DNA of 63,990 nt, counting the filler, from Asterionella formosa (taxonomy: Eukaryota): assembly GCA_002256025.1 (NCBI GenBank). It is 8 parts of 8 records of this genome, joined end to end, with 100 filler letters (N's around TTAATTAATTAA, not from the genome) between each part and the next. Parts side by side here need not be neighbours in the genome. Positions count along the whole stretch, not along the records: positions 24,395 to 32,409 come from NKIB01012339.1; positions 32,510 to 40,516 come from NKIB01012340.1; 6 more parts are not named here. One strand, 5' to 3'. The notes under the pieces were generated by a model, which saw only the letters and a program-made list of their open reading frames with translations, was not told the origin of the DNA and made no database searches. The translations under genes and the position numbers were made by a program. Below are positions 24,457 through 37,214 of this stretch, piece after piece (position 1 is the stretch's first letter; each line of letters begins with the position of its first letter).

Positions 24457-27312
24457 ATGAACAACATCAATAAACAACAACAACAGCAACAGCAACAACG
24501 ATCCATTTATTATTCTCATCCATCAGTTTCAGTTGCAGCTGTTCGTCACGTTCCTCGTCCCATTCAAACATCAAGTCGTCGAGCTGAACATCATCATGTA
24601 TTAGATGATGATGATGTGATTTTAGTGAATCGACATGGTCAACATCCGGCGAGTAAGTCTCAAGTCATGTGTGGAACAGCCAAAGTACTTGGACTTTGTG
24701 CAAAGTTTCTTGAATTGTATTGTTTTGTTTTGTTTAGTTTTGTATTGACTCTGGTTTTACATACAGGTCCACTGAAAAAAGTAGGATGGGGAGTGAAAGC
24801 AACTACAACAACAGAAATAGCAACAACGAATAGTGGCAGTGGTAGGTCAGAACCAATCCCACTAAAAGTTACAACAAAACCACCACAAACATCAACAACA
24901 AATGAACAACAAGCTGCAGCCATTACTTCAATCAACGACGGCAACACAATTTGCACTACTCTGACAGCACAACATCATGTATCGAATACTACTACTACTG
25001 CTGCTGCCACTGCCACTCCACGATGGGGAGACGATGATGAATCATCAGAGGAAGAAGAAGATCCCCCAGAATTGGCATCGCCATTACTAATCGATCCTCA
25101 CATTTCAGACCATCATCATCATCATCAACAACAACCACCACCACCACCATTGTCCTCCAATTGGGTACGTGTTTGCAATGTATTTGCGTTGATTGGTACA
25201 TTCAAAACTACTACTAGTCTCGTCGATTTCTTGCTCATATGCCAATATTATGTTTCAAAAGCAGCAACACGAATCATCACCACAACCACACTATGACGCA
25301 TGTCATGGAGGTATCAATAATAGCCATGTACATCAGCGGGTACGTTCGTTTTACTTACAACGTGTTTTTTTTCATTATTTCCAACAAACCAATATGCATC
25401 ATCTCATTTTGACTTGTTGATGAACAACCATGTTTCTTTTTGTAACAGCAACAATATTATGAACCACGACATTTTACAAATTCACAACAACAGAATTGGG
25501 TACGTCGTATTATAATGTGTCATGAGAGGAATGAATTATGGTTTCATTTTACAAAAAGACTGCATAATCTTGTTGTATTAGTAGTTTTTGTAAAAATATC
25601 ACTCACTCACTCACTTATACTCCCCATTTTCATACTTTTATTTTCGAATTTTGTTATGGAATGAAATGCAGAATCCAAATCAACATGGAGGCAACCATCA
25701 CCATCATCAGTATGGCACAACAAGTACAAGTAATAGTGACAGCATCATGCAATGGAGAGGAAGTGCTACCACTGCTACTACTCATCATCCTACCAGTACT
25801 AGGTTACATCATCATCAACATCATCATGAAGCGGACGATACCATCAAGCGAGATAAACCAAAAAAAGAAAAAGCATTTCAACCCAAGTTACTATTAAATC
25901 CCAATCACATGAAACCATTACTCAAAACTGAAATCCTTTCTGTGGAAGTGAAACCACCATCAAGACCACCACCACAATCACAATTGACGGTAGAACCAGA
26001 GACTTTGGTGGAACATTTCAATACTACCATTGATGACAAGGACGAGGAGGACGATGTGGAGGAGGACGAGGAGGACGAAGTGGNNNNNNNNNNNNNNNNN
26101 NNNNNNNNNNNNNNNNNNNNNNNNNNNNNNNNNNNNNNNNNNNNNNNNNNNNNNNNNNNNNNNNNNNNNNNNNNNNNNNNNNNNNACAAGGACGAGGAGG
26201 ACGATGTGGAGGAGGACGAGGAGGACGAAGTGGAGGATGAGGAGGAGGAGATGGAGGATGACGAAAAATCGAGTTTAGAAGGAGAAGAAGAAATGTATGA
26301 TGACTTTGACGTTGTTCTGGATCATCATAATTCACATTCTGTTAAAGAATTTTTGACAGAAGAAGAAAAGGAAAAACGTCGCCAGGCATTGGCATTGGAG
26401 CAACAACAATTGATTTTGGCGCATGTTCAAGCAGGTCGTGCCATGCGTGAAAAACAACAATTGCAACACCATCAAAAGCAACCAGCAGCTGCTGCCAAGT
26501 TGGTTATGGAATTGGATATCGATGATGAAGCGAGAGAACAACGTCATTCGCATCAAACCACGCGTCTTCCTCGAACCAAGGGAGTAGCATTTCGTCGATT
26601 TGACAATGGATCCTTACGTCGTGTGGATAGGCACGGAGAACCATCATTGAGATTATTCAAAACTCCAAGGCGACAGGAGGAGAAGGAGACAGGGGACGAG
26701 GCAAAGAAAGACGCTGCTGTGATAGACAAAGGGATGAATAATAGCGTTGCCATAGCACCGATGGAGACTGTGCAAAAGGAATTTATCCCAGCTCCCATTC
26801 CCAAAGTATCTGCGTGGAAACTTGGTATGTGTGTTGTATTTTTATTTGTTGAAACTTGATGGTAGATTCGTTTGGCATTTAGCTCTTTCTTACACACTCG
26901 GATGTCTCTATACTATAGGCCCTCCTCCAGGTATTGTGCCTGCTGTGGAGCAAGTCAAAGTAGCACATCCAACACTGACCCCACTGCCACCACCAACAGT
27001 TGCGGAGGAAGCTTCCATGGGCGATGTAAATCCTGCTGACGATAACGATAACGAGGACGAGGACGAGGACGAGGACGAGAAAAAGCATGGCGGTGGTCGA
27101 GGTGGTGGCCGGGGTCGTAGCGGTGGTCGACTTTCAGGACGAGGGGGAAGGGGAGGGAGAGAAGCATTTAGTGGAAGATCAAGGGGTAGAGGTGGACGTG
27201 GTGGTCGAGGATCGAAGCATTATCCAAGTTCAGCTGATCATGGTGGTAGAGGTCCCTCCAAATTCACCAAACCTCGCAAGGATGGAACAAATGAAACAAT
27301 GCAGACAGCATG
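24457..27312 (+). CDS. Multi-exon low-complexity protein (Q/H/T/P-rich, acidic tract, C-terminal RGG box); possibly RNA-binding
   Basis: Inferred introns: 24653-24766, three GTACGT-donor introns between ~25164 and ~25671, and one at ~26826-26919. C-terminal GGRGGGRGRSGG repeats. Exon boundaries are approximate. Confidence 0.6.
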
Positions 27313-27567
27313 ATCATTCTAGTAAAAGCTTTTTGAAAAGAATTTACGTCAATAAGTGTTGTTCTGAAAATCAATAATGATTGGTGCCTGTACGGAAACC
27401 GGCCGGCCTGCTACCAAATTATAAGAGAAACCGTGCAGCATTCCTCAGGCATCACAAACAAGTTCAAACTCCTACCGTAGGACAAGACTCGCGTGACGAG
27501 GCATTTTTTATAAAGCTATAATGATGGCAATTCTAGACTTATTCCAATACTGTTACGTCTTTGTTAT

Positions 27568-28032
27568 TTAGCGGTATCGGTAGGTAATTCTTCCTCTTGT
27601 CAAATCATAGGGAGACAATTCAATCGTCACTTTATCTCCCACCAATATTTTGACGAAATTTTTTCTAATTTTTCCACTAATGGTAGCAAGGACTGGATCT
27701 TGTGTTTCGGCAGCTCCATCAATGGCACATCGGAACATGGCATTTGGTAAGGATTCCAATACGACAGCTCCCACTTCAATGACATCATCTTTAACCTTCT
27801 TGACTCGTTCTGTTTTATTTTTCCGTTCATTCCCTTCGGCACGGGCTTCTTTCTTTCCAAATAGCGAAGTAGTAGTAGTAATTACTGGAAGAACATTTGC
27901 AGCAGTTGTAGTAAATACTGAAGAGGACAGTCGTGTTGTCAATGTTGTTGATGGATGAACCATAAACGCTTCGGCACATCCCAAGAATGTGACACAAGCG
28001 AGAGCGAGGCACATAAGAATAGATTTCATCAT
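27568..28032 (-). CDS. infA: Plastid translation initiation factor IF-1, nucleus-encoded with bipartite targeting sequence
   Basis: IF-1 core ([55 protein letters not shown]) preceded by a signal peptide, an AEA-F cleavage motif and an S/T-rich transit peptide. Confidence 0.95.
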   Translation of the reverse strand: MMKSILMCLALACVTFLGCAEAFMVHPSTTLTTRLSSSVFTTTAANVLPVITTTTSLFGKKEARAEGNERKNKTERVKKVKDDVIEVGAVVLESLPNAMFRCAIDGAAETQDPVLATISGKIRKNFVKILVGDKVTIELSPYDLTRGRITYRYR

Positions 28033-28877
28033 TGTGGAATGATCAAACAGTCCTTTGAATTGGACTGTAATAGTAAAAAGGATAGTGTAGGTTTGCACAA
28101 GGATGGATATTGAATTGAAATATTGTCAATGGGAGTAGGAGTCAGAAACAACCAAAGTGTGGACCAAGGAGGGGGGCGGAGGAAGAAGGTGCTGATGGGA
28201 TTAAGTTAGATACTATCTATGACATACGTACCGGTACCAACAACAACCTCCTTTCAAGGAAGGAAGTAAGTACCGTATGTGTAGAGAGCAAAGCCTCGGG
28301 TTCGCTACAGCTGTCGGATGATGATCATATGCATTTTGTTCGTGCATGTAAACAACATAGCAAGATGGAACCGGTACCAGATGTCTACATAAAAGGTACT
28401 GAACAAAATATCGTACTCCCTCCCTCGTACTCCCCAATTACAGTAACTGGTACCGGTATCAAGTATATCAGGTACTGTGTGTACTAACGACCATGTCTGA
28501 CACGTTCCCCTCTTATGTGGATGACAGAAACTCCTTGCTTGGCTAATCCGCGTACTTGATGAATGTGTGGACATGAATGCAAGTTGTTTGGCTGATGATG
28601 TGAAAGCAAAGGATACTGAGTGAACTAAAATGATCGCCTCTCCTAGTATCAATTACCGGTAGTCCCGTACAGGACACTTTCCTTACATCAATGTACGGGG
28701 GCGGATACGTATGTACCGGTACCTGGTACCGTACTCCCTTTTCAACAGCCATCATCAGGCAAAATTGAAATTTCCACACGAGCAACGGACAGACATATCC
28801 GGTCATTCCGGACAACTTTACCGACATTTTATTACCGGTACTCCTGTTGGTGGTGCCTCATCATGTACCATCAAGGA

Positions 28878-28904
28878 AACCTAACCTTAACCCTAACCCT
28901 AACC
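28878..28904. repeat. Short interstitial telomere-type (CCCTAA)n tract / telo-box
   Basis: AACCTAACCTTAACCCTAACCCTAACC lies in the divergent intergenic region between infA and the aftiphilin-like gene. Confidence 0.7.
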
Positions 28905-29179
28905 GGATATAATGGCAACAGCCAAAGAAACCAATGTAACATCTTTCTACATGATTTTCGTTCTACTACCGGTAGTGTGTTTACCGGTACCTGGTACTGT
29001 AGTCTATGTGGCGCTCGTAAAGTTAGGTACCGGTAGTTAAATTCGTTTCAGAATGGAGAGCATTTATTGCATTGCTTCTGCTGCTTGCTTGTCTGATAAC
29101 TATATTGAATGTTGATGCCTGCCGTCTTGATTTGCGAGTAAACGAGGGAGTATTTGGTAGTAATCTACTGATAGACAAT

Positions 29180-31373
29180 ATGATTGACGATAACAAGAAC
29201 GAGAGGAACGAAGTGATTGTAGAATCAGCAGTGACAGCGGAAGCAGCAGTCACGCCAACAAGCGCCTTGCTGGTGACAGCGACGGATCCATTAGGTCATT
29301 TCACGAACTCGCAATTAGAAGAGGAAGATGAAATAATGAATGGAAATAAACTGCATCACACCAATAACGAGGCAATTGAGTTTGGTCACGAGAAGCCGCA
29401 AGGCTTGGAAGACAATGGGGGCAATACCCCTTCAGTAATAGTACTAGTTGAAACCTCATCAGAGAAAGCTACTTCAACTAACTTTGGAGACTTTGATTTT
29501 GGTGCAACACCACCAATGAACTCTGACCCTGAAAATGGTGGTGACTTTGGAGATTTTAATGAAGTGTCCTCGAGCCAACAACAAGAAACACAAGCAAACT
29601 CTCCCACTGATATCGGGGTATTTGATTCTGCCATGGAGGGTTTGGAAACAAGTCCAGTCCTTCTTGATGAGTTTCAAGAGTTTGCATCACCAGATCCTGT
29701 TGAAGAAAATTTATTTGACAATGCAGTTGCAGCAGAAAGCGCGGACGGAACTAAAACAATTAACTTTGGAGAACTTGATTTTGGTGCAACACCACCAATG
29801 AACTCTGACCCTGAAAATGGTGGTGACTTTGGAGATTTTAATGAAGTGGTCTCGAGCCAACAACAAGAAACAGAAACATTGGATGCATATCTTTCGAGTC
29901 ATGAGGGCGTGAAAGATTTCGGAAGTTTCAATGAAGCAACATCTCAAGAACATCTGACCGATACGGAGCAAGAGGTTGGGCCGCCAACGGGCACCTCAAT
30001 TCGTCCTGTTGAGTCGACAATAGTTGTCGAGGACGGCAGCTTTGGTGATCTCACTGAAATATCGAAAGTAACAATGTCAAAGACATCAGAGGAGGCAGAT
30101 GACGATGAATTCGGCGATTTTAGTGATTTTACCGATAATCCCACTGGTATCATTACTTCAATGAATACTATCTCGAATGATTTTTCCGCACCTTTATCTG
30201 CTGCTGATGACTGCTTTTGTTGTGAGGGCAATGATCCGACATCATCAAAAAAAACATTTGCATCGAACGAGGAAGATGACGGCGACGACTTTGGAGATTT
30301 CAATGATGTTCCTGTAGAACAGGAGCAACCCACCGCCAAACTCAATTCCCTAGACGACTTTGGAGATTTCAATGGTACGAAAATTGCTTTGCCTACAACT
30401 GTTTCAACTGTGGGAACTACTGTTGATCCTGGAACAACTCAAGGAGCTGACGACGACGACTTTGGAGATTTCGGAGAGTTCGACGAAGACCCCAATGGGT
30501 TCGAGGCGCTGCAAGATGCTTTGGTTCCCATTCCAGAAGACCCAATTGTCACTAAAGCACGAACCGTATTTGCACACGTTTTTAATACATTCAACGGTCA
30601 CGTAGACGATGGGAACGATGAAGAGTCTTCGCCCTCAACTGTTCTAGTGAAAGACATTATGGTAAGTGACTACAATGTCCATCAAATTATGATGATTCTC
30701 CTTGTAACTCACATCATTTTAATAGGAGCAAGCACTGTTGTCACGAGGGCCCGTCGATTCGCCTTCTTGGTCAACAGGGGCTCTTGACGCCGTACTGAAC
30801 GACGTTGACATACTTGGTACAGCAGCCCCGAGGGTTGTGATCGACGATACTGCTGTACCGCCGTATGCACATTTCTCCATGCCACCTGGAGGCGTCAACC
30901 GATCTGACTATTTCTTGCAGAAGCGACGACCTGCCGAAAAGCGGCTACTGGTTCCCAGCGTCGCTGCTATTCAATTGCCAACTGGGCGAAAAGATGCATA
31001 TAGAAACGAAGTGGCACGTGACGAACGCCCGTCTGATCATAATATACCGACACCTACCGCTGCAAGCTCATCACAGGGAAGCTCTAGCCCACAGCAAAAT
31101 GGATTAAGCCCCGTCAAATTGGACCTTTCAGATCTTAAGACACCGTAAGTAATAGTTAAACGTGAATTCTGCCGTCTATTGTTGTCAATCTTAAAGAAAG
31201 GAAACTCACTCAACTGAAAAACCATTCCAATGTAAAGAGAAGGAAACGAACGTGGTGGAACCGCCGAGATGTCTCATCCTAGTATGATATCTGATGTTGC
31301 GAAACAGTTTCTCCTACAGATACCAGACCTTTCGTTCATGCTCAGCTCCACTGTATGTATGCGCAAAAAGTAA
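29180..31373 (+). CDS. Aftiphilin-like clathrin/AP-1 accessory protein; exons 29180-30661, 30726-31144, 31238-31373
   Basis: Acidic disordered protein with many [D/E]FG[D/E]F gamma-ear-binding motifs and a C-terminal IPDLSFML. GT-AG introns 30662-30725 and 31145-31237 keep the frame. The start codon is uncertain. Confidence 0.75.
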
Positions 31374-31747
31374 AAGATAATTCAAAATATCCTCGCAATT
31401 ACTGGATTGGAACACTCGCTCTTACTATTACACTGTATCTATCTATATTATACTCTTTTAGAGTATATAGATAATGTAGAGTGCTTTTAATAATTTATAT
31501 CAGGACGACTAATACCGTTATACTTATGATGGTACTATTCTCCACATCAAAAGTGAAACTCAAATAATAGTAAAAGCAATAATGTAAATAATCTTGACGA
31601 AGTTTGACTCCCAATATACAAAATCAATCAGCTCCTTTCCCTATTCAATGTGTCTATAAACTTTATTTATTTAGTTTTGTAGTGCTTTATTGTCTATGTA
31701 TCCAGAGGTGAATGCTCTTAATTAGATGACATGAACTCCTTGTGGGA

Positions 31748-32395
31748 TCAGCCAAAATCAATACTGGATTGATCATATAGATAAATACCAACATCTCCTT
31801 TGGTGCTCTTGTCCATTTGTACAGCGGTCCATGACTTGATCGTGAAAATATAGCTAATGACTCGAAACGGCTTTCCTTGCTCCTTCCTCGTCCAAGCCAC
31901 TTGTTCCATCAATGGCCGTATCGTTTCAAGACCTCTAGGCATGAGGAACAAAAATACAGCAGTAGCATCTTCCATAAAATTGAAGTCTTTTCCTCCTGCT
32001 GCTGTTGTCATCCCCCCGCCACGAAGTATGCGATCATTCAACACATCTCCCTCTCGAATGTGTATTCTCTGGCAAATGTCATTTGGGAGTGAACGAAGTA
32101 TCATATTGGCACGGTCCGCATACATAGGATCAAGTTCAACACCAACACAATGAATTCCAGGAACAGCTTGGGCAGCAGCCACCAACAATCTACCGTCTCC
32201 ACACCCTAAATCAAACAATACATCTGAGGAAGTTAATTGCATCATCTGGATTGCAACCTTTTGAACTTGAGGCATGGTGGGTGTGAACGGAGCCAAATTA
32301 TTATTAGTCATACATTTCTTCCTTGTTGGTGGCGTCTCCACGAGTCCCTCGTCGTCCTCTTGTTCCTCGTTGTCCTTGTCGTTGTCGACTGTCAT
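31748..32395 (-). CDS. FAM173-like class I SAM-dependent (protein-lysine) methyltransferase (5' end may lie in gap)
   Basis: LAPFTPT, LFDLGCGDGRLL, GVELDP, ATAVFLFL, RVISYIF, IYLY. Confidence 0.85.
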   Translation of the reverse strand: MTVDNDKDNEEQEDDEGLVETPPTRKKCMTNNNLAPFTPTMPQVQKVAIQMMQLTSSDVLFDLGCGDGRLLVAAAQAVPGIHCVGVELDPMYADRANMILRSLPNDICQRIHIREGDVLNDRILRGGGMTTAAGGKDFNFMEDATAVFLFLMPRGLETIRPLMEQVAWTRKEQGKPFRVISYIFTIKSWTAVQMDKSTKGDVGIYLYDQSSIDFG

Positions 32396-32524
32396 TATGG
32401 AATGTGCTANNNNNNNNNNNNNNNNNNNNNNNNNNNNNNNNNNNNNNNNNNNNTTAATTAATTAANNNNNNNNNNNNNNNNNNNNNNNNNNNNNNNNNNN
32501 NNNNNNNNNTATCGCTCAATCAGC

Positions 32525-35500
32525 ATGCCCGCAGCCAAGGAAACGAAGGACGCGGTGGACGATCGCGGCATTCGCTTTGGCACCGAAGTGGCATACGACG
32601 ATGCGTATCAGGATGGCACAGAAGGCTTTCTCGACTCGCTCCCCACTGAAGAAGAAGAGCGCCAGGAACAGGAGGAGTTCTTGGACGAAGGTCGTATCAG
32701 TTTGCATCCTAGTAGCAAGGCAGGTCTAAAGGTGCGTGGATGGAATACTGAGTGTCACCCAGGATGGAATGGATCAACAACTCCAGCATACTCACACATC
32801 AAATCGCAGGCGGAGGATGTGGAAGAGGACCACAATCCATTCAAGGGAAACCAAAACGGATCTGGTCTTATCAATACAAAAATAGCAGACCGAGAGTCCG
32901 ATTATCAAAAGCGACGGAACAACAGATCTGTAAGAGAAGAAGGTATGTCGTTCAAGGATGCCATGCAACATGCGACCCTGGACAAGGAACGCCAGGAATT
33001 GATTGACGAAGTCAAGAAAGATTTGTTGGACGAGGAAGGAAACATTAAACAACAAGAGGAGCCTGAGCGAAGGAGACGACGTTGGGATCAGCCTGTTCAA
33101 ACCGAGTCAGGGAAAGATAATGAGGCAGAAGCCGCCCAAGTTACCGATGGTGAGTCGGTAGCCTCGTCCAAACCATCATCGTCTAGATGGGATGAACAAG
33201 ATGACAAGCCTGCAACAGGACGACGTCGCAAGCGATGGGATGAAACACCAGTAGCACTGTCTGGTGCTACTACTTTTGATGTTTCGGCATCGACACCACT
33301 CATTTCGACTGCCACAGATGCTACACCACGAGTGAGCAGTCAAAAGTGGGACGAGACACCACTTGTAACAGCCGGTTCATCTATCACGGGCACACCAGGA
33401 GTGGAAACTTCCCGTAAACGAAGCCGCTGGGACCAGACCCCTGTCGCATTGGGTACTCCCTCTGTGCCTGGCACTCAAACTCCGCTGACAGGCAATATTA
33501 CAAGGGCACTATTGTTAGAACGAGAAATGGAATCTCGCAATCGCCCTTGGTCGGAAGCAGCACTGGATGCGATTCTTCCATCGGAAGGGTACTTGATTCT
33601 TCGTCCTCCTGCTAACTACATTCCCTTGCGAACCCCGTCTCGCAAGTTGTTGGCTACCCCCACGCCATTGAGTATGACACCTGCTGGATTTCTAATGGAG
33701 GTACCTATTGAACAGCGCACCGACACGTCCATCTCCGAGATTCGTGAAGCTTATGGTATTCCACTGGCTCAAACTGCATCAGAGACTGGTGAAATGGGCA
33801 GTTTACCTTTCATCAAGCCAGAAGACATGCAATACTTTGGTCGCCTATTGGAAGATGCGGACGAAGACAAGATGACTAAGGATGAATCAAACGAACGAAA
33901 GATAATGGCCCTCTTGTTGAAGATCAAGTCTGGTACTCCACCGCAACGCAAGACGGCCATGCGTCAAATTACAGACAAGGCCAGAGCCTTCGGACCAGGA
34001 CCATTATTTAATCAGATTCTTCCGCTTTTGATGAGTCCAACCTTAGAAGATCAAGAACGTCACTTACTAGTCAAGGTAATAGATCGTATCTTGTACAAGC
34101 TCGATGATTTGGTGCGTCCATTTGTGCACCGCATCCTGGTGGTCATTGAACCCCTTCTTATTGACGAGGATTATTATGCCAGAGTTGAAGGTCGCGAAAT
34201 TATCAGTAATCTCGCCAAGGCAGCTGGTCTGGCAACCATGATAGCTACCATGCGACCTGAGATCGATTCCCCAGATGAATATGTCCGCAACACCACCTCT
34301 CGTGCCTTTGCTGTCGTCGCCTCGGCCCTTGGGGTGCCCTCGCTTCTTCCGTTTCTCAAGGCGGTCTGTCAATCTAGGAAATCCTGGCAGGCTCGGCATA
34401 CTGGTATAAAGATTGTCCAGCAAATTGCCTTGTTGATGGGATGTGCTGTCTTGCCGTACTTGCGAGAATTGGTGGATATTGTGAGTCACGGTTTGACAGA
34501 TGATATGCAGAAGGTTCGAACCATAACTGCTTTGACAGTGAGCGCTTTGGCGGAAGCAGCGTATCCCTTTGGTATTGAATCATTTGATTCAATCATTCGG
34601 CCTCTCTGGAAAGGTGCATTAGAGCACCACGGCAAGTCCCTTGCTGCCTTTTTGAAGGCGATTGGCTATGTTATTCCACTGATGGAAGAGTCCTATGCCA
34701 GTCATTATACTCGTTTGGTCATGCCGATTTTGCTTCGTGAATTCCATTCGCCGGATGAAGAAATGAAGAAGATTGTGTTGAAGGTAATTCAGCAATGTGT
34801 AGCCACTGCTGGAGTGGAACCGGAGTACATTCGCACTGACATCTTGCCGGAGTTCTTCCGAAATTTCTGGATTAGACGCATGGCTTTGGATCGTCGAAAT
34901 TATCAACAAGTTGTTGAGACGACCGAAGAGCTCGCAAACAAGGTCGGCAGTTCTGATATTGTCAGTCGTATTGTTGATGACTTGAAGGATGATTCCGAGC
35001 CATACAGACGAATGGTCATGGAAACTATTCAAAAAGTGTTGACCAATCTGGGAGCTGGTAATATTGATGAACGCCTAGAGGAACGTCTCATAGATGGAAT
35101 GCTTTATGCCTTTCAGGAGCAAGCAGTTGATGCCGGCGTTCAAAGCAATCCAGAGAGCCAAATCATGCTTGACGGTTTCGGAACTGTTGTTAATGCTCTT
35201 GGTGAACGATGTAAGCCCTACCTGAAGCAAATTGCTGGAACGATTAAATGGCGCTTGAACAACAAAGCTGCGTCTGTCCGAATGCAAGCTGCTGACCTAA
35301 TCGGACGAATTGCAGTTGTAATGAAAGCCTGTGGAGAAGATCAGCTAATGGGACACTTGGGTGTTGTCCTCTATGAATACCTGGGCGAGGAGTACCCAGA
35401 AGTGTTGGGTTCAATTCTTGGTGCCCTTCGTGCCATTGTAAATGTTATCGGAATGACAAAGATGACGCCACCGATTCAAGATCTCTTGCCGCGTCTGACT

Positions 35501-36490
35501 CCGATTTTGAGAAACAGGCATGAAAAAGTACAAGAAAACTGTATTGACTTGGTAAGTGCAATCGTGTGCCGGCATGCCTTCTTAAATGGACTAGGATCTG
35601 ATGAAATTCTTGTTCTTCCCCCCAACTCCCCTGACTGGTCATTATTGATGCAATCCCTCTCTAACTCTGGTCTTCTTTCCACTTTACAGGTTGGACGAAT
35701 CGCCGACCGTGGTGCAGAGTTTGTGTCGGCCAAGGAGTGGATGCGCATCTGTTTTGAGTTATTGGAAATGCTCAAGGCTCATAAGAAGGCCATCCGTCGT
35801 GCAGCTGTTAGCACATTTGGATACATCGCCAGAGCGATTGGTCCTCAAGATGTTCTCCACACATTGCTCAACAATCTTAAGGTTCAGGATCGACAGATGC
35901 GGGTGTGTACAACAGTTGCAATCGCAATTGTTGCAGAGACCTGCGGTCCATTCACTGTCTTGCCTGCAATTATGAATGAATACCGAGTCCCCGAGCTGAA
36001 TATCCAGAACGGTGTTCTAAAAGCCCTTAGTTTCATGTTTGAATACATTGGAGACATGGGCAAGGATTACATCTACGCTGTTACTCCGTTGCTCGAGGAC
36101 GCATTAATGGATCGCGATCCAGTCCACCGCCAAACTGGGTGCGCCACTGTCAAGCATTTAGCACTTGGGGTAGCGGGTATGGGATGTGAGGACGCATTGA
36201 TCCATTTGTTGAATTTTGTATGGCCAAATATCTTTGAAGAATCTCCACACGTCATTAATGCTGTTCTTGATGCTGTACAGGGGCTGATGGTGTCGCTTGG
36301 ACCTAACGTGATCTTGCAGTATCTTTTGCAAGGATTATACCATCCATCACGCAAAGTGCGTGAATCATTGTGGAAGGTCTACAATATGCTCTACATTTTT
36401 AACTGCGATGCGATGGTAATGGGTTATCCACTGATCGAGGATGAAATTGACAACACCTATGCTCGCACTACACTTGAGCTGTTCATCTAG
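32525..36490 (+). CDS. SF3B1: Splicing factor 3B subunit 1; introns 32732-32809 and 35552-35689
   Basis: RWDETP ULM motifs and HEAT repeats ([53 protein letters not shown]). Both introns have GT-AG ends, and the second interrupts a conserved motif. Confidence 0.98.
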   Translation: MPAAKETKDAVDDRGIRFGTEVAYDDAYQDGTEGFLDSLPTEEEERQEQEEFLDEGRISLHPSSKAGLKVRGWNTECHPGWNGSTTPAYSHIKSQAEDVEEDHNPFKGNQNGSGLINTKIADRESDYQKRRNNRSVREEGMSFKDAMQHATLDKERQELIDEVKKDLLDEEGNIKQQEEPERRRRRWDQPVQTESGKDNEAEAAQVTDGESVASSKPSSSRWDEQDDKPATGRRRKRWDETPVALSGATTFDVSASTPLISTATDATPRVSSQKWDETPLVTAGSSITGTPGVETSRKRSRWDQTPVALGTPSVPGTQTPLTGNITRALLLEREMESRNRPWSEAALDAILPSEGYLILRPPANYIPLRTPSRKLLATPTPLSMTPAGFLMEVPIEQRTDTSISEIREAYGIPLAQTASETGEMGSLPFIKPEDMQYFGRLLEDADEDKMTKDESNERKIMALLLKIKSGTPPQRKTAMRQITDKARAFGPGPLFNQILPLLMSPTLEDQERHLLVKVIDRILYKLDDLVRPFVHRILVVIEPLLIDEDYYARVEGREIISNLAKAAGLATMIATMRPEIDSPDEYVRNTTSRAFAVVASALGVPSLLPFLKAVCQSRKSWQARHTGIKIVQQIALLMGCAVLPYLRELVDIVSHGLTDDMQKVRTITALTVSALAEAAYPFGIESFDSIIRPLWKGALEHHGKSLAAFLKAIGYVIPLMEESYASHYTRLVMPILLREFHSPDEEMKKIVLKVIQQCVATAGVEPEYIRTDILPEFFRNFWIRRMALDRRNYQQVVETTEELANKVGSSDIVSRIVDDLKDDSEPYRRMVMETIQKVLTNLGAGNIDERLEERLIDGMLYAFQEQAVDAGVQSNPESQIMLDGFGTVVNALGERCKPYLKQIAGTIKWRLNNKAASVRMQAADLIGRIAVVMKACGEDQLMGHLGVVLYEYLGEEYPEVLGSILGALRAIVNVIGMTKMTPPIQDLLPRLTPILRNRHEKVQENCIDLVSAIVCRHAFLNGLGSDEILVLPPNSPDWSLLMQSLSNSGLLSTLQVGRIADRGAEFVSAKEWMRICFELLEMLKAHKKAIRRAAVSTFGYIARAIGPQDVLHTLLNNLKVQDRQMRVCTTVAIAIVAETCGPFTVLPAIMNEYRVPELNIQNGVLKALSFMFEYIGDMGKDYIYAVTPLLEDALMDRDPVHRQTGCATVKHLALGVAGMGCEDALIHLLNFVWPNIFEESPHVINAVLDAVQGLMVSLGPNVILQYLLQGLYHPSRKVRESLWKVYNMLYIFNCDAMVMGYPLIEDEIDNTYARTTLELFI

Positions 36491-36546
36491 ACAATACTAA
36501 TTTGCTGATCGGTAAGTTTTAGTATAATTGCAAATGAAGCTTCGAT

Positions 36547-37214
36547 CTAATGATTTTCTTTGACTAAATTGTAGAGATCAATCGCTAGCATTTGCCAAAG
36601 ACGAATCTTGATTTCGATTTCTGCCGATGTTGTAGCTCTTGCCTTTGTTAAAGCTACGTGGACGCTTTCAATGTCGTCGGCTGTCCCGCTAGTGCCAATT
36701 TCATTCTTGAGAATCGTCTTCAACTTGACAAGTCTTCCATTGACCGCTTCCAGAACTTGGAGGTATGGTTGTGCCATACTCTTTGATTTATTTTGTGAAG
36801 CTGCAGCAATTCCTCCAATTAACCGCGCAATCAAATTCATTGAGCTCCTTCCATGAGATTGTAGGGTCTGTTCGTAGGGAGGACTAAATACATTGAGTTG
36901 AAGGGGAGAAAACATGTCGCGGGGCTGTACCCTATGCTGGTTTGTCTGTTTCTTCTGAAGCATAGTGCTCAAGTACAGTAAAGACTCATCGTGGATATCC
37001 TTGGCTAGGACAGCTCTTTTCTTGGCGGTTTGCATGCTGCAAGATTGATCCAGATACCTCTCAATCAAATCCCAAACGCCTTCACTAACCATTCCATCTT
37101 GAATCGATGGATTTTCTGCACTGTAGAGTGATTTGAGCATTTTCAGGTGACATGGAAGGAATTGTGAACGAAGTACCGGAGCAAAAAAGGCACTTCTAAG
37201 CACTGAAGCTTTGG
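36547..37214 (-). CDS. Partial hypothetical protein (5' end in gap)
   Basis: Open frame of >218 codons running into the N-gap, convergent with SF3B1. Confidence 0.6.

Noticed and set aside
26036..26233. Identical 48-bp acidic-codon block on both sides of a gap
   Set aside because: Most likely an unmerged contig overlap in low-complexity sequence rather than a real duplication.
28878..28904. True chromosome end
   Set aside because: Only about four imperfect units, internal to a contig with genes on both sides.
32752..36354. Numerous antisense or alternate-frame ORFs overlapping SF3B1, Sec3 and other genes
   Set aside because: These are shadow ORFs of real coding sequence with no independent motifs.
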